Positions 49,376 through 58,755 of a DNA stretch of 64,000 nt are shown one piece after another. Within the stretch, counting starts at the first letter, position 1. Each line of letters begins with the position of its first letter. This stretch comes from Patescibacteria group bacterium. Its GTDB lineage: Bacteria; Patescibacteriota; WWE3; UBA101185; UBA10185. Where the stretch lies: NCBI GenBank assembly GCA_042571445.1, contig JBHPFT010000001.1, forward strand, positions 29,232 to 93,231. Direction: 5' to 3'. A program made the position numbers and the translations under genes. Under the pieces are notes generated by a model. That model ran no database searches, had not been told where the DNA came from, and worked only from the letters and a program-made list of their open reading frames with translations.

Positions 49376-51433
49376 ATGAAAATAGTAAAGTTTGTTAAGC
49401 AAAACATCTTTTTAATTATTCTTTTTGGTGTCATTTTTATTAATCTTGCTGTTGGTCTTAGAATAAACGTATTTAGATATAATAATTTTGATTTTGGAAA
49501 GTTTGACCTTGGAAATATGACTCAGATGGTTTGGAACACCCTTCATGGAAGACTACTCTATCTCACTGACTACTTTGGAGCAAATCTACCGCGTTGGGCG
49601 ATGAGTCATGTTGATCCAATATTGCTTTTGTTTGTGCCAGTATTCGCAGTTTTCCAACACCCTTTAACTTTGGTCTTTTCTCAGATGGTATTAATAGTTT
49701 TTTCTTCTCTTATTGTTTATAAGGTAGCTTTACTTGAGCTAGAATCTAGGTTTGCAGCAGGTATCCTTGGCATCGCTTTTCTTTTCTACCCAGCTATTGG
49801 GTATATCAATTCTCAAACGGGTTTTCATGGAGTATCCGTTGTAATTCCCTTTTTTCTAGGAGCATTTTACATTTTTGAATTAATGCACAAGACTCAAAAC
49901 TTCTCAAAAAAGAATCTTACTATCTTTTGGATACTCCTTGTTTTGACAATGTCGGGAAAAGAGCAAATTCCTCTATATATTTTTATGCACGGTTTATTTA
50001 TTTTTCTTTGTAGGAAGGGTGAAAAAGCTAAAAAGATAAGTATTCAGATGATGGGTGTGAGTTTAATTTGGTTTGTTGTGGCTTTTTTTGTAATTATTCC
50101 AAGATTTGCACATCACAGAGTTGCAGGATACGAGAAATTTTCTAAGTCTATAGGTGTGGAAGTAGATCCAAATAGAGATGTAGCTTTGCCAAACTATTTT
50201 TTGAGTAGATATGACGCGTTTGGAGACTCATACTCTGATGTTGTTGTAAATGTGTTGTTAGACCATAGAAAGGCAATAAAAGTCATTTTTGGAGGAGAAA
50301 GGCCAGAAAATCTTCAAAGAACCTTCACTCCTGTACTTTTTTTACCTCTTCTTCACCCAGGAACCTTTATGATGGCTGTTCCTGATATGGCAATAAACTA
50401 TTTAACTTCAGCAGGGGGAATTGGTACAGCTGAGATAGAAAACCATAGAATATCAATGATTATTCCAGTTTTGTTTATTTCCACTATTTTTACGATCTCC
50501 TTTTTCAGTAAAAATCTTAATAAGATAAGTAAATGGATTAAGATAGTCTTACCCACAGCGGTGCTAGTATCCTGCGTTATTACGGCCTTTAAGTACAATA
50601 GCCCTATTTACCTATGGTTAGAACAGGCTATTAGAAAAAGAGTACTTGCAGATTATGAGAAAGACCCACTTAAGGAGGATTTAAAGATTGGTGGAGTTGT
50701 TAAGATCTCTGACTTAGAAAATAAAGATATTTTGTGTGCACAAGCTATGGTAAATACGATTCCAGACGGTGCTTCGGTTTCTGGCCCAGACTTTTTAGGA
50801 GCACACTTGAGTATGAGAGAAACTTACGCTATCTTTCCTGCTTTGTGGAATAGTGCAGATTACGTAATCGTTGACGTCTTTTCTAGAAAGATTCTTACTA
50901 TCCTAGACTTAGATACAAACATTGTAAGAGATGTTGTTGGGGATTTAATAAAAAGTGAGAATTATAAGTTGATGACAGGGTGTGGGAACCTTTTCCTGTT
51001 TGAAAGAGTAGGCTCATATGAAAAAGAAGAGATTTTACCACTTCAAGAGAGATACCTTTATCCTGAGAAGTATGATTATGAAATTTACTCAAACCTAAAT
51101 GTTGTTGATTTTAATATTCCAAGAGAGATCTCAAGGGGAACTCTCTCACGAGCTAGGATAGTTTATGGAAAAAGAACAAATGAGTCGCTTGATGGATATG
51201 TTTTGTATATGACATATGTAAATTCTGAAACTGGAGAGGTGTATCAGGCTGCAAATCTACCCTCTTTTGCCATAACCAGACCAGAGTCTTGGACCAAAAG
51301 CCGTTACTATATTGAAGACATTGATATTGCGTTTCCAAAGTATTTAAAACCTGGAACATACAGAGCATTTATTAGTATGAGTAATAAAGTAAAGATCAGA
51401 AGCGTGTACCTTTCTGATATTGAGGTAAATTAG
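49376..51433 (+). CDS. DUF2079-like polytopic membrane protein with about 260-aa C-terminal extracytoplasmic domain (putative GT-C)
   Basis: The N-terminal roughly 420 aa have about 11 TM helices, including NFDFGKFDLGNMTQMVWNTLHG. A hydrophilic C-terminal domain follows. Confidence 0.5.
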   Translation: MKIVKFVKQNIFLIILFGVIFINLAVGLRINVFRYNNFDFGKFDLGNMTQMVWNTLHGRLLYLTDYFGANLPRWAMSHVDPILLLFVPVFAVFQHPLTLVFSQMVLIVFSSLIVYKVALLELESRFAAGILGIAFLFYPAIGYINSQTGFHGVSVVIPFFLGAFYIFELMHKTQNFSKKNLTIFWILLVLTMSGKEQIPLYIFMHGLFIFLCRKGEKAKKISIQMMGVSLIWFVVAFFVIIPRFAHHRVAGYEKFSKSIGVEVDPNRDVALPNYFLSRYDAFGDSYSDVVVNVLLDHRKAIKVIFGGERPENLQRTFTPVLFLPLLHPGTFMMAVPDMAINYLTSAGGIGTAEIENHRISMIIPVLFISTIFTISFFSKNLNKISKWIKIVLPTAVLVSCVITAFKYNSPIYLWLEQAIRKRVLADYEKDPLKEDLKIGGVVKISDLENKDILCAQAMVNTIPDGASVSGPDFLGAHLSMRETYAIFPALWNSADYVIVDVFSRKILTILDLDTNIVRDVVGDLIKSENYKLMTGCGNLFLFERVGSYEKEEILPLQERYLYPEKYDYEIYSNLNVVDFNIPREISRGTLSRARIVYGKRTNESLDGYVLYMTYVNSETGEVYQAANLPSFAITRPESWTKSRYYIEDIDIAFPKYLKPGTYRAFISMSNKVKIRSVYLSDIEVN

Positions 51434-51447
51434 GGTAACATTTAAGT

Positions 51448-52911
51448 ATGAGAGACTTAGTTAAATGGCAAGTAGTGAGTTTCACTTCAAGAATGTTGGC
51501 AATGGCTCTTGGCTTGGTCCAGACCTTTGTTATCATTCGAATTTTAAGCGTAGGTGAATGGGGGCTTGTTCAGCTTGCAGTGTCTATTGGAGGAGCACTT
51601 GGTATTTATCAACACCTAGGACTTGCATCAGCTAGTACAAGGGAAATCTCTTCAGCAAAGGATAAAAAGCAGATCACTAAGATATTTGTAACCTCTGCTT
51701 TTGTTAGATATTGTGTAACCCTACCATTAGCGGTAGGTCTTTTCTTTCTTTCTAAACACATTGCACTTAATCTATATAAGAATTCTGATCTAATATTTCC
51801 ACTCAGGGTTTATGCAGTTTCTCTTATATTTCAAGGTATCCAAAGTATTCTTAACTCCGTAATTTCAGGAACAAAGAGATTCAAAGAGTTATTTATTTAT
51901 CAAGTAGCTATAGCGGGTGTAAGTGTTGGTTTATATATTCCTCTTGTGTATTTCTTTAAAGTTAGTGGATTTTTCTATGCATTTTTAGCCTTTAATATTA
52001 TTTCTTCTATAGCTTTATCTGTTGTTGCTTTTAGACCATTTAAAGGTAAGTTTGTGTTCCCTAATAGGAAAGAGTTTATAGTACTTCTCAAGGAGATATT
52101 TTCCATCAGTATCGCTATATATGTAGTAAAAATCATTTATACTAACTGGGAAAAGCTCGGAAGTAATTTCTTAGGTCTTTCTAATTCACCAGAAGTTGTA
52201 GCTATATATGCTTTTGCACTCTTGTATGCTAAAAAACTCATGAATATATCAGATTCTGTAACAGCAGTTAACCTGCCTGTTTTATCTGAGAAGTACTCGA
52301 AAGATATAAAGGAGTTTAGGATGACTTTTTCAGAAAACTTTAACAAGGTATTCTCCCTTATTGTATTCATTGGTGCTTTTGCCTCATATTTTGCACCTAT
52401 TGCAATAAGAGTTTTAGTGGGAAGTGATAAGTACGATGCGTCCTTGCCTTTAATTGCTCCTATGGTGTTAGCTTTTATGATGTACTCATTTATAAACATC
52501 TTTAATTCTTCTGTGATGATTCCTGCAAAACTTTCTAAATCTATGGTTCTTAGTTATGGCCTTTTAATTATTGGATCAGGGGCATTTTTTGGAGTAACTT
52601 TTAAATTTATGGAGTTACTCCCTGCTGTAGCTTGGGGAATGGCTTTTGGTGGTATTGTTTCATTTTTTGCCATGAATATGATTATAAAAAAGAAACTTAT
52701 GTCTGTGTTTTTCCATACTGATCACACTATGGTTTTGATCCAGGCATTTAGTATTGCTTGGTTATGTGTAGTCGAAAACGTTGTTGTTAAAGGATTTGCA
52801 TTTGTTCCTTTCGCATTTTTATTAGGCTGGTCCTTTTTTATCTCAGGATTTATTAAGAAAAGTGATGTTTTGTACATTAGATCTAAAATAAAGTTATCCA
52901 GGAAGAAATGA
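51448..52911 (+). CDS. Wzx-like oligosaccharide flippase (MOP superfamily polysaccharide biosynthesis protein)
   Basis: 487 aa with about 14 TM helices and short loops, typical of the PST family. Confidence 0.7.
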   Translation: MRDLVKWQVVSFTSRMLAMALGLVQTFVIIRILSVGEWGLVQLAVSIGGALGIYQHLGLASASTREISSAKDKKQITKIFVTSAFVRYCVTLPLAVGLFFLSKHIALNLYKNSDLIFPLRVYAVSLIFQGIQSILNSVISGTKRFKELFIYQVAIAGVSVGLYIPLVYFFKVSGFFYAFLAFNIISSIALSVVAFRPFKGKFVFPNRKEFIVLLKEIFSISIAIYVVKIIYTNWEKLGSNFLGLSNSPEVVAIYAFALLYAKKLMNISDSVTAVNLPVLSEKYSKDIKEFRMTFSENFNKVFSLIVFIGAFASYFAPIAIRVLVGSDKYDASLPLIAPMVLAFMMYSFINIFNSSVMIPAKLSKSMVLSYGLLIIGSGAFFGVTFKFMELLPAVAWGMAFGGIVSFFAMNMIIKKKLMSVFFHTDHTMVLIQAFSIAWLCVVENVVVKGFAFVPFAFLLGWSFFISGFIKKSDVLYIRSKIKLSRKK

Positions 52912-54428
52912 AAAAAAGAACAAAAACCCTTTTGATAGGTCTTTTTATCCTGGCCTTTCTTGGGACTCGTATTCCAAGGCTTGCAAAAGATGTAATAAAT
53001 CCAGATGGAGTTAATTGGCATTACAGATCTCAACAGTTTGTAGTAGGTTTAAAGACATTTGATTTTAAAAAAACATATCAACACTATCATCCCGGAGTTA
53101 CTCTAATGTGGATTAGTGGAATACCTATTGAAATATATAAGCAAGTTACTAATACACCGCACTACGATGTTAGAAATTTTCAAGTATTTGATACTGTGGC
53201 CAAAATATCTGTTGTAGTTTCCCAGCTTATTCTTTCGTTTATTGTTTTATGTCTTTTAGATAAGATTATTGGGTTTGAAAGAGCCTTTTTAACGCTAAGT
53301 TTATTCACTTTTGAACCATTCGTTGTGGGAAACTCACGACTTTACCACATGGATATACTAGTAACCCTAATATTGTTTATTGGACTTCTCTATTCATTCA
53401 TTAATTTAAGGGAATCTAGTATAAAAGTGAGTGTTCTATCTGGATTATTTCTGGCTTTAGCATTTTTAACTAAAAGCATTGCTATTGGTGGAGTAGTTTA
53501 CGTTCTAATTTATATGTTAGTTACAAAAATGGAAAAGAAATATCTTGGAGTTGTTTTACTAGCTTTTTTTGTTTTTACCTTTTTTTTGTTCCCAGCACTT
53601 TGGAAAGATCCAATCTACTTTTTAGGAGAAATATTTAGAGAAGGAGAAAGAGTAGGTATAAGAAAAGGTCACGGACAGATTCTTTTTGGAGAATACACAA
53701 GAAACGCTGGAGTGTTTTTTTATCCCCTGGTTTTACTCATGAAGGTTTCCCCCCTTGTGTTAATTGGAGTAATTCTGTTTAAGGTAGTATCTTTAGATAG
53801 TTTCAAGAAGTTATTTAGGAGCACAAAAGAGAAGTTACACAACTTAACTGTATTTCTAGGTATTTTTTATCTTGGGTACATCGGTGTAATGACACTTCCC
53901 TCTAAAAAGATAGATAGATATATGTTAGTTGTTTATCCATTTCTAGCATATGTTGCAGCAATAGGGTTTAGTAAGGTTTTTAATAGGCTTAAAAATAAGA
54001 CTATTTTCTTAGTATTGTCAGGAGTTTCAGTAGCTATTTTTTGGATTTTTCCTTTAATAAAACTCTTTCCATACTACTTTACATATACAAGTCCAGTATT
54101 TGGAAGTGCGGAACGTGCAAATAGCGTTATTGCTCAAAAACCTTTTGGAGTTGGAACTTATGATTTGAAGTATCATATTATTGAAAAGTATGGAGAAGAG
54201 ATAAAACTTGGGTTTATAGATACTAAACCTATGAAGTCTACCTACTCTAACTCAAAAGTATTTGATGTTAGAGTATCTGGTACCAGTGATTATGATCTAT
54301 TAGTATTAGGAGTTAACGAGGAAATTCCTGAGAAGGTACTTCAAAGTGATAACACCTTTGAGAAAGATTCATCTTTATGGATTAATGGACTTGAGTATTG
54401 GAGGATCTATGTCAAAAAAGAAAATTAA
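52908..54428 (+). CDS. GT-C fold membrane glycosyltransferase, paralogue A
   Basis: Multi-TM. Shares KTYQ.YHPGVTLMW and the following loop with the gene at 55874. GLFLALAFLTKSIAIGG resembles the ArnT/PMT motif. Confidence 0.65.
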   Translation: MKKRTKTLLIGLFILAFLGTRIPRLAKDVINPDGVNWHYRSQQFVVGLKTFDFKKTYQHYHPGVTLMWISGIPIEIYKQVTNTPHYDVRNFQVFDTVAKISVVVSQLILSFIVLCLLDKIIGFERAFLTLSLFTFEPFVVGNSRLYHMDILVTLILFIGLLYSFINLRESSIKVSVLSGLFLALAFLTKSIAIGGVVYVLIYMLVTKMEKKYLGVVLLAFFVFTFFLFPALWKDPIYFLGEIFREGERVGIRKGHGQILFGEYTRNAGVFFYPLVLLMKVSPLVLIGVILFKVVSLDSFKKLFRSTKEKLHNLTVFLGIFYLGYIGVMTLPSKKIDRYMLVVYPFLAYVAAIGFSKVFNRLKNKTIFLVLSGVSVAIFWIFPLIKLFPYYFTYTSPVFGSAERANSVIAQKPFGVGTYDLKYHIIEKYGEEIKLGFIDTKPMKSTYSNSKVFDVRVSGTSDYDLLVLGVNEEIPEKVLQSDNTFEKDSSLWINGLEYWRIYVKKEN

Positions 54429-55887
54429 TATACTAGCTCTAATAGTTTTTATAGCACTTCTTTTTCGTTTGATGGGTATAAAGCATGGATTTCCCTTCAT
54501 TTTTCATCCAGATGAGCCAACTATTGTTAGGTCAGCTCTTGGAGTGAGATTTTATCCTAATCCAGGGCACTTCGACTGGCCACATCTATACATTTACCTT
54601 AACTACTTCTTATATATGATCTTTGCTAGGGTAAGAAATATTGCAGGAAGCTTAGGTTTAAGAGAAATAATTCCAATTTTGTGGGATGAGTCGGTAATTT
54701 TTTATCTTCTAACTAGGTGTTTTACTGCAATTTTAGGAGCTCTCACAACTATTCCAGTATATTTATCAGCAAAGAAGTTATTTAGTAAGAAGGTGGCTAT
54801 TGTTTCTGCTTTAGGGTTTGCATGTTTACCTTTTCATATTTGGCATTCACACTATTCTTTGTCTGATGCCCCTATGGTATTTATGCTTTCGTGGGCAATG
54901 TACTTTGGAGTAAAAATATACAAAGAAGGAAAATTAATTGATTATATTTTAGCGGGTCTTTTTGTAGGATTATCTGCATCCACAAAATATAATGGAGGAC
55001 TCTCTGCCTTAGTAATACCCCTTGCTTACATTCTAAGAAAAATACAAAATAAAAAGCCCATAATTGAGTGGAGGGAGATACAACGAATTGTAATTTCTGG
55101 GATAGTTTCCATCGCTGGATTTATTTTAGGTACGCCGTATTCTGTATTGGACTTTGCTACATTTACTCGAACAGATGGGCCAAAAGGAGCTTTGTGGCAG
55201 TTTAAAAATGTTGGATCAGTTAGTTTTCCAGAACATATAATTAAATTCTTTTCGGATTTGGAAACAAAACTTCCAGATGATCTAGGTTACACAGTGTTGG
55301 CTTTGTTTGTTGCTTGTTGGATAGTTGTTGTTTTAAAGATTATTAAAAAGAAGGTGACTGAGGAGTATTTTTCTCTCTTACTCTTTCTAATTCCTCCACT
55401 TTTATATATTTGGTATATCTCGGGCTTTGAAAAGAGTAGATCTCACTACTATATGATTTCTTACCCATTCATAGCAGTGGTGTTTGGTCACTTTGTTTTG
55501 TCTCTTTCAAACTTTTTTAAGAACAAAAAACTGGGGTTGTATCTTTCAGTGTTGATGGTGGTTGCTCCAATGATCTTTTCTATCAAAAATACCTATACAT
55601 TTATTAGAGGAGACACAAGAAACGATCTAAAAGAGTGGTTAGTATCTAGTTTAGAGCCCGGTGAGCCAATAATATATAACGACAGGAAGGCAGAGGATGT
55701 AATTAATCATCTTGGAGCACCGAAATACAAGGGTCTTTCGTACATGGGAGAGTTGGAAAGGGCAATGGTGATAATAATTAACCCAAACGAGATAAGTGTT
55801 CCAGAGAATTTAAGTGAGGAACATTATATTGGAAACAAACTTAGGCTGGGTCCTGAGATAAAGGTGTATAGATATGAAACTAATTAA
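54409..55887 (+). CDS. GT-C fold membrane glycosyltransferase (ArnT/PMT-like)
   Basis: FHPDEPT, then LSASTKYNGGL (ArnT/PMT-type motif), in a multi-TM protein. The start is chosen at MSKKKINIL. The ORF-track start at 54346 overlaps the upstream gene by 83 nt. Confidence 0.65.
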   Translation: MSKKKINILALIVFIALLFRLMGIKHGFPFIFHPDEPTIVRSALGVRFYPNPGHFDWPHLYIYLNYFLYMIFARVRNIAGSLGLREIIPILWDESVIFYLLTRCFTAILGALTTIPVYLSAKKLFSKKVAIVSALGFACLPFHIWHSHYSLSDAPMVFMLSWAMYFGVKIYKEGKLIDYILAGLFVGLSASTKYNGGLSALVIPLAYILRKIQNKKPIIEWREIQRIVISGIVSIAGFILGTPYSVLDFATFTRTDGPKGALWQFKNVGSVSFPEHIIKFFSDLETKLPDDLGYTVLALFVACWIVVVLKIIKKKVTEEYFSLLLFLIPPLLYIWYISGFEKSRSHYYMISYPFIAVVFGHFVLSLSNFFKNKKLGLYLSVLMVVAPMIFSIKNTYTFIRGDTRNDLKEWLVSSLEPGEPIIYNDRKAEDVINHLGAPKYKGLSYMGELERAMVIIINPNEISVPENLSEEHYIGNKLRLGPEIKVYRYETN

Positions 55888-57484
55888 GAGATTTAAATAT
55901 GAAATATTAGCTGTATTCTTTTTTGTTTTGATTAGAGTTCCTAATCTGGGAAGAGACATTTTCAACACAGATGCTTGGAAGTGGAAGACTAGAACTTACG
56001 ATTTTAATACAGGGGTCTTTACTCTGGATTTTGAGAAAACATATCAAAAGTATCATCCTGGTGTAACTTTAATGTGGGTAGGGTCAGCTGGAGTTAAGAT
56101 TCAAAATTTCTATCATAAAGTTATTCTTAATGACCCAGGTGAAGAACTACTAAATATATTTGAACTTCACTTCATCCAAAAATTGCTAGTAGTCACAGTT
56201 ATTGGGACCTCACTGGCTTTTTGTTTCTATGTTCTGCGAAGTTTGTTTGGTTTACAATTTGCTACTCTATCTACTTTTCTACTTTCGTTTGAACCCTTTT
56301 ATTTAGCTTTAACACGGGTTTTTCACTTGGAGGGGCTAGTTTCTACATTTATGTTAGCAAGTGTCTTATGGCTTTTTTACTATCTTTTTGATACCACTTT
56401 TAGAAAAAGGTTAGTAGTGTCTGCAATTTTTGCAGGTTTTTCATTTCTAACCAAAACTTCTTCTATTTACCTTTTACCTTTCACTCTTCTTGTAGTATTT
56501 TTAAATACTTATAGTAAAGATGATGTGTGGAATAGTTTTAAATCTACAATTTTAATTGTTTTAAAATGGTTTGGAATTTCTCTTTTAATCTTTGTAGCTT
56601 TATGGCCGGCACTTTGGGTTACACCTCTTGATGTAATTTTAGAACTTTATAGAGGTATTGCAGTGATAGGCGTAGAAAGAGAACACATTCAAGTTTATTT
56701 TAGCAAACTGGTTAAGAATCCAGGCCCAACTTTTTATCCGGTGGTTTTGGCTCTAAAATCTTTTGTGTTTTTACTTCCAGGTCTTTTAGGAACACTTGCT
56801 TTTTTAAAGGGCTTTGATGAAAAAAAGAAAAGATTTGTGAAGTTTTTACTAATATATTCATTTTTCTATTTCCTACAACTTACAATCCCATCAAAAAAAC
56901 TAGATAGATATATTCTCCCAGCTTTAATGTCTTTTTCACTTGTTTCTACTATGTTTTACTATTGGGTTTTAGGGAGACTGAAGAAGGGTAGGAAGTTTTT
57001 ACTTGTATTTATAATAGTTACTCCTATTCTCACTGCTATTAGTATCCATCCAGATTATCTTTCGTATCACAATCCACTTTTTGGAGGACTAGAGACTGGG
57101 ATAAAAGTCTTAGAACCAAAATGGATGATTGGTACTTCTGAGATCGTTTCCTACTTTGAAGAGATACGTGAAGATGAAAACTGGGAGAAACCTTCTTCTG
57201 ACACTTCTCTCGAAGCTCTGATTGGTTCAGAAAGAGTTGAGAGGGTTTTAGTGGTAGGGTTACCAGAAAAGTATTATACTCAAATTTGGCCCTTTCTTAG
57301 AGAGAAAAATATTTGGCCAGCCATTAAAGATTTAACAGCTTTTGCTAAACATGCAAAGTATTTTATTTACCCTGTTTGGCAAGATAGTAGTAGCTTTGAG
57401 GATAGATTTGAGATAGAGTATCTCGGCTCTATTAAAAAGGACGGAGTAGACTTGTACAACGTTTATAAAAGGATTTATCGGTGA
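55874..57484 (+). CDS. GT-C fold membrane glycosyltransferase, paralogue B
   Basis: EKTYQKYHPGVTLMWVG... closely parallels 52908..54428. GFSFLTKTSSIYL motif. At least 11 TM helices. Confidence 0.65.
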   Translation: MKLIKRFKYEILAVFFFVLIRVPNLGRDIFNTDAWKWKTRTYDFNTGVFTLDFEKTYQKYHPGVTLMWVGSAGVKIQNFYHKVILNDPGEELLNIFELHFIQKLLVVTVIGTSLAFCFYVLRSLFGLQFATLSTFLLSFEPFYLALTRVFHLEGLVSTFMLASVLWLFYYLFDTTFRKRLVVSAIFAGFSFLTKTSSIYLLPFTLLVVFLNTYSKDDVWNSFKSTILIVLKWFGISLLIFVALWPALWVTPLDVILELYRGIAVIGVEREHIQVYFSKLVKNPGPTFYPVVLALKSFVFLLPGLLGTLAFLKGFDEKKKRFVKFLLIYSFFYFLQLTIPSKKLDRYILPALMSFSLVSTMFYYWVLGRLKKGRKFLLVFIIVTPILTAISIHPDYLSYHNPLFGGLETGIKVLEPKWMIGTSEIVSYFEEIREDENWEKPSSDTSLEALIGSERVERVLVVGLPEKYYTQIWPFLREKNIWPAIKDLTAFAKHAKYFIYPVWQDSSSFEDRFEIEYLGSIKKDGVDLYNVYKRIYR

Positions 57485-58755
57485 GAACTTTACTAACAAA
57501 GTTAAAACAAAATACAGATCTATATAACACTGTAGTTGTAGGGGTGGGGAGTATTATAGCTTCAATCTTTAGCTATTTTTTACAACTATACCTTGGTAGA
57601 AATCTCACAGTTTCTGATTTTGGAGCTTTTAGTGCCCTTTTATCTTTGTATTACTTAATAAATGTTCCAGCGACAGTGTTTAGTACGTCTTTGGTAAAAA
57701 CAGTTTCTGAGATGGATCCCCAAAAAGACAAAGATAGAATCACCTACCTTTTTTCTAGACTGGGACAACTTGCTATTTTAGTTGGGTTTTCCATTTTCTT
57801 AGGAGTTTTTGCATTTAGGTTTGTTATCTCAGATCAACTTCAGATATCAAATACTGGAGCAATATCAGTTTATGGGATATTAATGGGACTTGGATTTGTG
57901 GGACTTTTGCCCCACTCATATCTTCAAGGTCTTCAGAAGTTTACCATGTTTGCAATTTACTTGATTGTTATCAATATAAATAGATTTATTATTCCAGCTA
58001 TTTTAGTGGCTTTAAGTTTTGGTTTGACTGGGGTTTTTAGTGGTATGTCTATAGCTATACTTTTGTCGTTTTTGATAGGTTTTCTATTCTTAAAAAGTAA
58101 TTTTAGTAAAGTAGACAAAAGTATTTCTCTTTCGGGTGAGTTCAAAAAGCTCTTGTCATTAAGTCTACCTGTTCTTTTAATACACTTTTGTATGATGGCC
58201 ATGAATAACGTAGATGTGATATTAATAAAAAAGTATTTTGATGAGATTACAGCTGGATATTATGCAGGAACAGTTACTCTTGGAAAGATAATATTATTTG
58301 GAGCAGGGGCAGTTACCATAGTTATGTATCCAAGAATTTCAGCGCTACACTCAAAAGGTCAGGAATATAGAAAGATCTTTAGAAATCTGTTTACTCTTCA
58401 GATCATAATAGTACTATCTGCCGTGACCGTCTTTGCACTACTTCCTGGTTTCATTACTAACCTCTTTTTTGGAGAAAGATTCTTGGATTCTATTTCTTAC
58501 CTTCCTTTCTTCTCAATATTTATTGGACTTTATGTTTTTGTTTATTTTCTAACCATGTTTAGTTTAGCTATAGATAAAAGGAAAGTTTATATGATTCTCA
58601 TTCCCCTTGTACTTACACAGTTTTTATTAATTACATTCTTTCACTCAACAATATTTCAAGTTATTAAAATCAATATTTTTGTATGTATAATAGCCCTAAT
58701 CGCCCTTTTAGCGTTTACACTGCCCAAAATATTAGTTGATGCCAAGGAAAAATAA
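57481..58755 (+). CDS. Wzx-like flippase / polysaccharide biosynthesis membrane protein (second copy)
   Basis: 424 aa with about 12-14 TM helices. GTG start. Confidence 0.65.
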   Translation: MRTLLTKLKQNTDLYNTVVVGVGSIIASIFSYFLQLYLGRNLTVSDFGAFSALLSLYYLINVPATVFSTSLVKTVSEMDPQKDKDRITYLFSRLGQLAILVGFSIFLGVFAFRFVISDQLQISNTGAISVYGILMGLGFVGLLPHSYLQGLQKFTMFAIYLIVININRFIIPAILVALSFGLTGVFSGMSIAILLSFLIGFLFLKSNFSKVDKSISLSGEFKKLLSLSLPVLLIHFCMMAMNNVDVILIKKYFDEITAGYYAGTVTLGKIILFGAGAVTIVMYPRISALHSKGQEYRKIFRNLFTLQIIIVLSAVTVFALLPGFITNLFFGERFLDSISYLPFFSIFIGLYVFVYFLTMFSLAIDKRKVYMILIPLVLTQFLLITFFHSTIFQVIKINIFVCIIALIALLAFTLPKILVDAKEK

